From Rebecca billardiae RCC1528 (Eukaryota; Protista; Haptophyta), in contig OZ251223.1 of NCBI GenBank assembly GCA_965240325.2, positions 992,001 through 1,056,000 of the forward strand: DNA of 64,000 nt, written 5' to 3'. This document shows positions 57,261 through 64,000 of this stretch, piece after piece (the stretch's first letter is position 1; the number at the start of each line of letters is the position of its first letter). The translations under genes and the position numbers were made by a program. The notes under the pieces are model-generated. The model was not told the origin of the DNA. It ran no database searches and saw only the letters and a program-made list of their open reading frames with translations.

Positions 57261-58906
57261 TATGGCGGGCCGTAGGTCCGCCCCTTGTAGTGCCCGGGAA
57301 AAAGATAAGAAAAAGAAAAAGAAAAAAGAAAATCGCCTCGCAAAGAAAAGAAAATCGCCTCGCTCACTGCCGGGTCGCTTCGCTCACTACCGGGCGCCCT
57401 CGCAGCTCCCACTGGGGACGCTCGGCCGAAAAAGAGTTGCGTCATGGCGCGGAGCGCATGGGCGGCGCGCGCCAAATCCAACGCCGGCGCGGACATCGTG
57501 AGAGGACTGCCGAGGGGGGTTTTCGCCCGATTTGCGATTGCTGCCCTCGTCGTCTCGCGTGCAGGTCGAACGGGGGCGAAATCGACGCGTTTGGAGCGGT
57601 ACGCTCGGCGCGTCGACACGATCGTGCGACCTGGGGCGGTCCTCGCCTGACTTGCACGTCGAGCGCTCGCACCGGCCATAGTAGCAAGCGCTGCGCATGA
57701 CAGCCACCTCGCGTGATCCACCGTCGCGCGTCGGGCTCGGTGCGAGAAAGCCCTCATCACGAGGCGTCTCGCGGGCGGGAAGCGCCATCGCACGCGACGC
57801 AAGATTTGGCGCGGCCTTCTGAACTCGATCGCCGGAATCCGCGCACCGGACTGTCGCGTGCCACAACTTCTCAAGGAACGGGCGCATGCAAATCCGTTTG
57901 CGTACAAGACCCGGTAGCGATCATCTTTCGCGATCGCGGCCAAAGATCGCTCAACCCACGTCCGGCCTGCATTGCGTCGACGGTGGCCAATGCGACGGAG
58001 GCGCAGCGCAAAGCGGCGTACGAGGCGCACCGCACGCACCTGCTGGGTCTGCCGCCGTGGCAGGAATCGCGTCTTCGCGAGTCGACGACTGAGGCGACAG
58101 CGCGATACAACCGTTCCAGGGCGCTCACTCGCAAAGAGATGCAACGTCGCGCGTGCAAGATCGCCGCGCCATCCTCCACCATGGCACGGGCGCTGCGGGA
58201 CGAGGCCGACGTCGTGAAGCCAGTGGCACATGCGCTGCGCTTCATGTGCCTGCTCGAGCAGCTCGTGCCCACCCTCGATCGCGAGTGGCACACGCTCTCG
58301 CACTGCGCGCGCGCGCACCACCGAGAGCTCCTGATACCGCCGAACGTGCGAGTGCCGGACCTGGCGCGCGGAGCGGCGAGCGCCGACGAGCGCGTGCCCG
58401 GTGCGGACATTGGCATCCTGGCGACACACGATCTCAGCTAAATCAACATAGAGAGACAGAGAGACAGAGAGACAGAATTCGGTAGGATGCACTAACTTCC
58501 GGACGACCTGAACAAATGAATCATGACATCACACTCCGCCACAACTTGAACTGTTTTCGTGTTTAGCTCCAAGAACAAACCGTCACCGTCAGGCGTACAT
58601 GAGCACGCCGCCGTCGCACGGCAATCAGTTGGCAGTGCGTGCGCGCAGTCGAAGGCTCGGCACGATGACGAGTAGCGCAGTGGGTGCACGAATACACGCG
58701 CAATCACACTGTCGGTGAGCTCGCACCAGAGTCATCTGTCGCGTTATTATTCGTCAGTGCCGTCGGGTAGCTCACCATCATCTGTATGTCGCATTGTTAT
58801 TATTCGTCATCCTGCCCGTCAATCCGCTAAAAGACGCGAACCCGCTGGGGAAATATTGCGACAGCACTGGCACGGCCCGCCGACCCCCCCGCCCGCCAGG
58901 GCAGAG
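57261..58906 (+). mobile_element. Helitron2/Helentron-like non-autonomous element B, copy 2
   Basis: Same termini as copy 1 (TATGGCGGGCCGT...ACGGCCCGCC...GGGCAGAG|TTT); two internal segments differ from copy 1. Confidence 0.7.
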
Positions 58907-59271
58907 TTTATCATTTTCGTCAAAGCGACGAGCCTCTATGGTACGTGCTTACGACGTGTTCATCACGTGTGCGATCGAAGGTTCGCCCCCACCCCAGCTT
59001 ACGCCCTTGCCCCGCTGACGCAGTGCTGGTGGGCATCATGATCAACATCATGCATTTAGAGTCTTCTCACCTTCCCCCGCCGCGACCAAAGGACCATATG
59101 GCGGTTGCTTTACCTAAAGCAACCTTATGTTCGCGCGCGAGGCGCATGCAATCTTCGTATTTATCTGACACCGCCGCCCACGGCGCGCGCCTTGGGCAGG
59201 GCAGGGATTGGTTGGGGATCCGACTCGCTGGGGCTACCACCTCGCTTCGAGCTCGGAAAGGGACGCGCACC

Positions 59272-62200
59272 ATGCTCAACGTGCCGACCCGCCTGCGCCA
59301 TGCCGCGGGTGTCGCGCTCGTGATGTTTCTGTTGGTCTCGGGCGCTGCTGGCAGCAGCACTTTCGAAACCAGCACCGAGTACACGGACTGCATCGCCGAC
59401 CCGGCGTCGTGCACCAGCATCGATGTGCGTGTCACGGCGCGAGGCCCCCGCGCCCACAGCGACGGCGTGGCCAACCTTGGCTCATGGCGCGCTCCGGCGA
59501 GCGGCCATGCAGCACAGGCATGCAACGACGGTCACCATGCGCTGCTGCGATGCGCGATGACGCGCTAGCACGGTCGCCCTCCTCCTGTCGCACGCAGCCT
59601 GTTGTCGCGGTGTCTGCCGCGCCTGTCTGACGTGCGACGCGCGGCGCGCGGCGGCGCGGCGCGTGTGCCGTGTGCGCAGGTGAGTTTGGCTGGCTACTCG
59701 GGCACGATCCCTTCCGCCATCGGCACGCTCTTCGCCCTCACTGCACTGTACGCGCATGGCGCAGCGCGCGTGCCTACGAGCCACGCGCCGCGTGCCCGTG
59801 TGCACAGTCGTGTGGTTGCCATGAGCCGGACGCCAGGCAGGCAGCTCAGAGGAGAGGAGCTTCAGGGACATGCGCTAACGCGGCTCGCCCGTCCTTGCTT
59901 GGGGCTGCCTGCGCACTGCGCTCCGAATGCCGCTCGCTGCGCAGGAATATGGTCGACAACTCCTTCACTGGCACCCTTCCGACGGAGATCGGCCTCTTGA
60001 CGGCCATAGTCGGAATGTACGCACGGCAGGGGCCGGGAGCGGTGGCGCGACATGCTCGCCAGCCACGCGGGCGCACACCTTGCTGTGCACGCCCTGCCGA
60101 GTCTGACCACCCGCTCGCGTCGGCAATGCGCTCAAACGCCCCACGCTGCGCAGGGATATGGGCCTCAACTCCTTCAATGGCACCCTGCCGACTGAGATTG
60201 GCCTCGTGACGGCCCTGACCGAAATGTAGGCACTGCACTACTGCAGGGGCCACGGGGGGTGGCGCGACATGCTCGCCAACCATGCTGGCACACACCTTGC
60301 TGCGCACGCCCTGCCGAGTCTGACCGCCCGCTCGCGTCGGCAATGCGCTCAAACGCCACTCGCTGCGCAGGCGGCAGTATTCCAACTCCTTCTCGGGCAC
60401 CCTTCCGACGGAGATCGGCCTCTTGACGGCGATAGTCCGAATGTACGCGCGGCCGGGGCCAGGAGCGGTGGCGCGACATGCTCGCCAGCCACGCGGGCGC
60501 ACAACTCGACGCACACCCCACCAAGTCTGACCGTCTGCTCGCGCTCGAACGCCACTTGCTGCACAGATCGGTGCGTAACAACTTCTTTTTGGGCACCTTG
60601 CCGACGGAGATTGGCCTCGTGACGGCCCTGACCGAAATGTAGGCACTGCAGGGACCATGGGCGGTGGCGCGACATGCTCGCCAGACACGCGGGCGCACAG
60701 CGTTGCTGCACACGCCCTGCCAAGCCTGACCGCCCGCTCACGTGCCACCCGCTCGAACGCCACTCGCTGCGCAGCTACGTGAATTCCAACTCCTTCTCGG
60801 GCGCCCTGCCGACGGAGATCGGCCTCGTGACGGCTTTAATCCGAATGTATGCGCTGCCGGGGCCAGGAGCAGTGGCACGACATGCTCGCCAGCCACGCTG
60901 GCGCACAGCGCTGCTGCGCACGCCCTGCCGAGCCTGACCGTCCGCTCGCACTCGAACGCCACACGCTGCGCAGGACTATGGATCTCAACTCCTTTACTGG
61001 CACCCTGCCGACGGAGATCGGCCTCATGACGGCCCTGATCGATTTGTACGCGCGGCTGGGGCCAGGGGCGGTGGCACGACATGCGCGCCAACCATGCTGG
61101 CACACACCTTGCTGCACACGCTCTGTCGAGTCTGACCGCCCGCTCGCGTCGTCAATGCGCGCTCGAACGCCGCTCCCTGCGCAGCTACCTGCAGTTCAAC
61201 TCCTTTTCTGGCACCCTGCCGACGGAGATCGGCCTCGTGACGGCCCTGATCGATTTGTACGCGCGGCTGGGGCCAGGGGCGGTGGCACGACATGCGCGCC
61301 AACCATGCTGGCACACACCTTGCTGCACACGCTCTGTCGAGTCTGACCGCCCGCTCGCGTCGTCAATGCGCGCTCGAACGCCGCTCCCTGCGCAGCTACC
61401 TGCAGTTCAACTCCTTTTCTGGCACCCTGCCGACGGAGATCGGCCTCGTGACGGCCCTGACCGAAATGTAGGCACCGCAGGGACCAGGGGCGGTGGCGCG
61501 ACATGCTCGCCAGACACGCGGGCGCACAGCGTTGCTGCGCACGCCCTGCCGAGTCTGACTGACCGCCCACTCACGCCGGCAATGCGCTTGAACGCCGCCA
61601 CTCGCTGCGCAGCATAGTGAACGACAACTCCTTCTCGGGCACCCTTCCGACGGAGATAGGCCTCTTGACGGCCCTGACCGATATGTACGCGCGGCCAGGG
61701 CCAGGGGCGGTTGCGCTCGCGCGACGGGTCGGTCCCGGCGTGCCCCAGGTGATCCGACGCCGCGCCGCGCGTGCTGCTCCTGCCGCTGATACCACCACGT
61801 GTACGGCGGTGCCCCCCCCCCCCGCCGCCGTGGATTGGTACCATCGATACTTGCAGGCGTGTCCTGAACACGCAGTTGTGGCAGCCCGGCGGCACGCACG
61901 GTTACCCTTCTGTGACGCCGTCGACACTCCCAGACGCACCACCGCCGGCCCCGCCCCCCTCGCCGCCGCCAAACCCACCGCCCTCGCCGCCGCCGCCCTC
62001 GCCACCGCCCTCTCCGCCACCGCCGAGCTCACCGCCCAACCTGCCACCGAGCCCGCCGCCGCGCCCGCCGCCCAGCCCGCCGCCGTCACCACCGCCGAGC
62101 CCACCACCGCCGCCGAGCCCACCACCGTCGCCACCACCGAGCCCGCCGCCGCGTCCGCCGCCCAGCCCGCCTCCATCACCCCCGCCGAGCCCACCACCGC

Positions 62201-64000
62201 CGCCAAGTCCACCACCGTCACCACCACCGAGCCCGCCACCGAGCCCGCCGCCGTCACCCCCGCCGAGCCCACCACCGCCGCTGCCACTGCCACCGTCACC
62301 ACCGCCGAGCCCGCCGCCGTCACCACCGCCGAGCCCGCCTCTGGTCGCGCAGTCTCTCTTGGAGCTGGACGGCGGCGGCTGGCAGCTCGTGCGCCGCATC
62401 GCGCCGAGCGCGGGCACGTGGCATCCTGCGACGGACAGCCTCGCGGGCACCGACGTGTACGGCACGCCCGGTGGCGCAACGGCCAACGTGACCTTCTCGA
62501 TCGCCTTCCCTCCGTCCAACGAGTTCCTCTTCGCGACTGGCGACGGCACCAAGTGGGTCATCTGCACGCGCAACGCGGCGATCGGCGACAACTACGAGAA
62601 CGAGCTGAGGCCCGTCCTGCTCGCGTCGAGCGGCGTCACACAGGCCCGGTGGTACAACCGTGCGGGCAATCTGGAGGACCCGTGGATCTCGACGACCGAT
62701 CTTGCAGATGCTGCGCCCGCCGCGGGCATACTGTACGGCGAGAACGCCTTCACGCAGTATATGCTCGCGCTGACGCAGAACAACGGCGCCAACGTGTACG
62801 TGCGCTTCCGCCCGGCCGAGGTGCTCGATGGCGGCGGCTGGCAGCTCGTGCGCCGCGTCGCGCCGAGCGCGGGAACGTGGCATCCTGCGACGGACAGCCT
62901 CGCGGGCACCGACGTGTACGGCACGCCCGGTGGCGCAACGGCCAACGTGACCTTCTCGATCGCCTTCCCTCCGTCCAACGAGTTCCTCTTCGCGACGGGC
63001 GACGGCACCAAGTGGGTCATCTGCACGCGCAACGCGGCGATCGGCGACAACTACGAGAACGAGCTGAGGCCCGTCCTGCTCGCGTCGAGCGGCGTCACAC
63101 AGGCCCGGTGGTACAACCGTGCGGGCTATCCGGAGGACCCGTGGATCTCGACCGTGGATCACTTGGTGGTTTCATCCCCTACCAGTGTGCTGCAGCGCAT
63201 GCTATATGGCGAGAATTCCGTCAGCGTTTATCACATGACATCGCTGAATGGGGCGAACGGCGCCAACGTGTACGTGCGCTTCCGAGCATCCCCGTCACCA
63301 CCGCCCTCGCCGCCGCCCAGCCCGCCACCGCCGCCCTCACCACCGCCATCTCCACCACCCTCGCCGCCGCCATCACCGCCACCCTCGCCGCCACCGAGCC
63401 CGCCACCGCCCTCACCACCGCCATCGTCGCCGCCAAGTCCACCACCATCGCCGCCACCGAGTCCACCGCCGTCACCTCCGCCGTCACCACCACCGAGCCC
63501 ACCACCGTCGCCACCTCCGCCACCGTCACCACCGCCGCGCCCACCTCCGAGCCCACCACCGCCACCGAGCCCACCACCGTCGCCGCCTCCGCCACCGTCA
63601 CCACCGCCGAGCCCACCTCCGAGCCCACCACCGCCGCCGAGCCCACCACCGTCGCCGCCTCCGCCACCGTCACCACCGCCGAGCCAGCCGCCCAGCCCGC
63701 CGCCGAGCCCACCACCGCCACCAAGCCCACCACTGTCGCCACCACCGAGCTCGCCGCCGAGCCCGCCGCCCAGCCCGCCACCGTCACCACCACCGAGTCC
63801 ACCACCGCCGCCAAGTCCACCACCGTCACCACCACCGAGCCCGCCGCCGAGCCCGCCGCCACCGCCGTGCCAGGCTGTTTCCGGCTCGGTGGTGTACGCT
63901 GGCTCGTGCTACGTGTATGTCAGCGGCACCGCTACGTGGCAGGGCGCCCGCAACGCGTGCATGTCCCTGATGCAAGATGGGGACCTGGTCAAGGTGGAGG
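59272..64000 (+). CDS. LRR gene B: signal peptide + cap + ~10 LRRs + Ser-Pro (extensin-like) stalk + two copies of an unknown ~150-aa domain + second stalk + C-type lectin domain (runs off the window)
   Basis: Exons 59272-59424 and 59680-59747; 72-nt exons starting at 59945, 60154, 60371, 60567, 60775, 60974, 61185, 61396, 61613; long exon from 61857 open to the window end, finishing CQAVSGSVVYAGSCYVYVSGTATWQGARNACMSLMQDGDLVKVE (CTLD N-terminus). Confidence 0.88.

Noticed and set aside
59841-59880. Extra LRR exon (QLRGEELQGH) within an intron of gene B
   Set aside because: It lacks the conserved Asn, the TLPTEIG core and a matching donor.
61902-63970. Gly-rich, His/Arg-rich and Ala/Val-rich ORFs in the track
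   Set aside because: They are alternative-frame or antisense readings of the Ser-Pro stalks of LRR gene B.
1-64000. tRNA or rRNA genes
   Set aside because: No recognisable cloverleaf or rRNA signature by eye; tRNAscan-SE/Infernal would be needed to exclude them.

Overview
GC-rich eukaryotic nuclear DNA with GT-AG spliceosomal introns (donors mostly GTGCGC). Several proteins carry signal peptide + transit-like leaders, which suggests an alga with a complex plastid; a haptophyte such as Diacronema/Pavlova is my inference, not a database result. About 23 protein-coding genes can be built by hand, and all nine minus-strand genes sit head-to-head with a plus-strand gene only 36-271 bp apart. Main points of interest: (1) Two related LRR genes with predicted signal peptides (12.8-15.3 kb and 59.3-64 kb). 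Each LRR is one 72-nt phase 2-2 exon between mutually homologous introns, variation is concentrated in the codons either side of the splice junction, and recent duplication/chimera events are visible. The second gene continues into extensin-like stalks, a duplicated unknown domain and a C-type lectin. (2) A single-pass receptor-like TIR protein and a WW-CUE-metacaspase, which with the LRR genes hint at an algal innate-immunity toolkit. (3) Several non-autonomous mobile elements: two (TA)n-flanked elements that share terminal hairpin/asymmetric-IR geometry with compensatory changes, two Helitron2/Helentron-like copies (one interrupted by a foldback element with ~860-bp TIRs and a 5-bp TSD), and a hairpin-bounded internally duplicated element. 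Most ORFs in the supplied track are GC-rich shadow frames.
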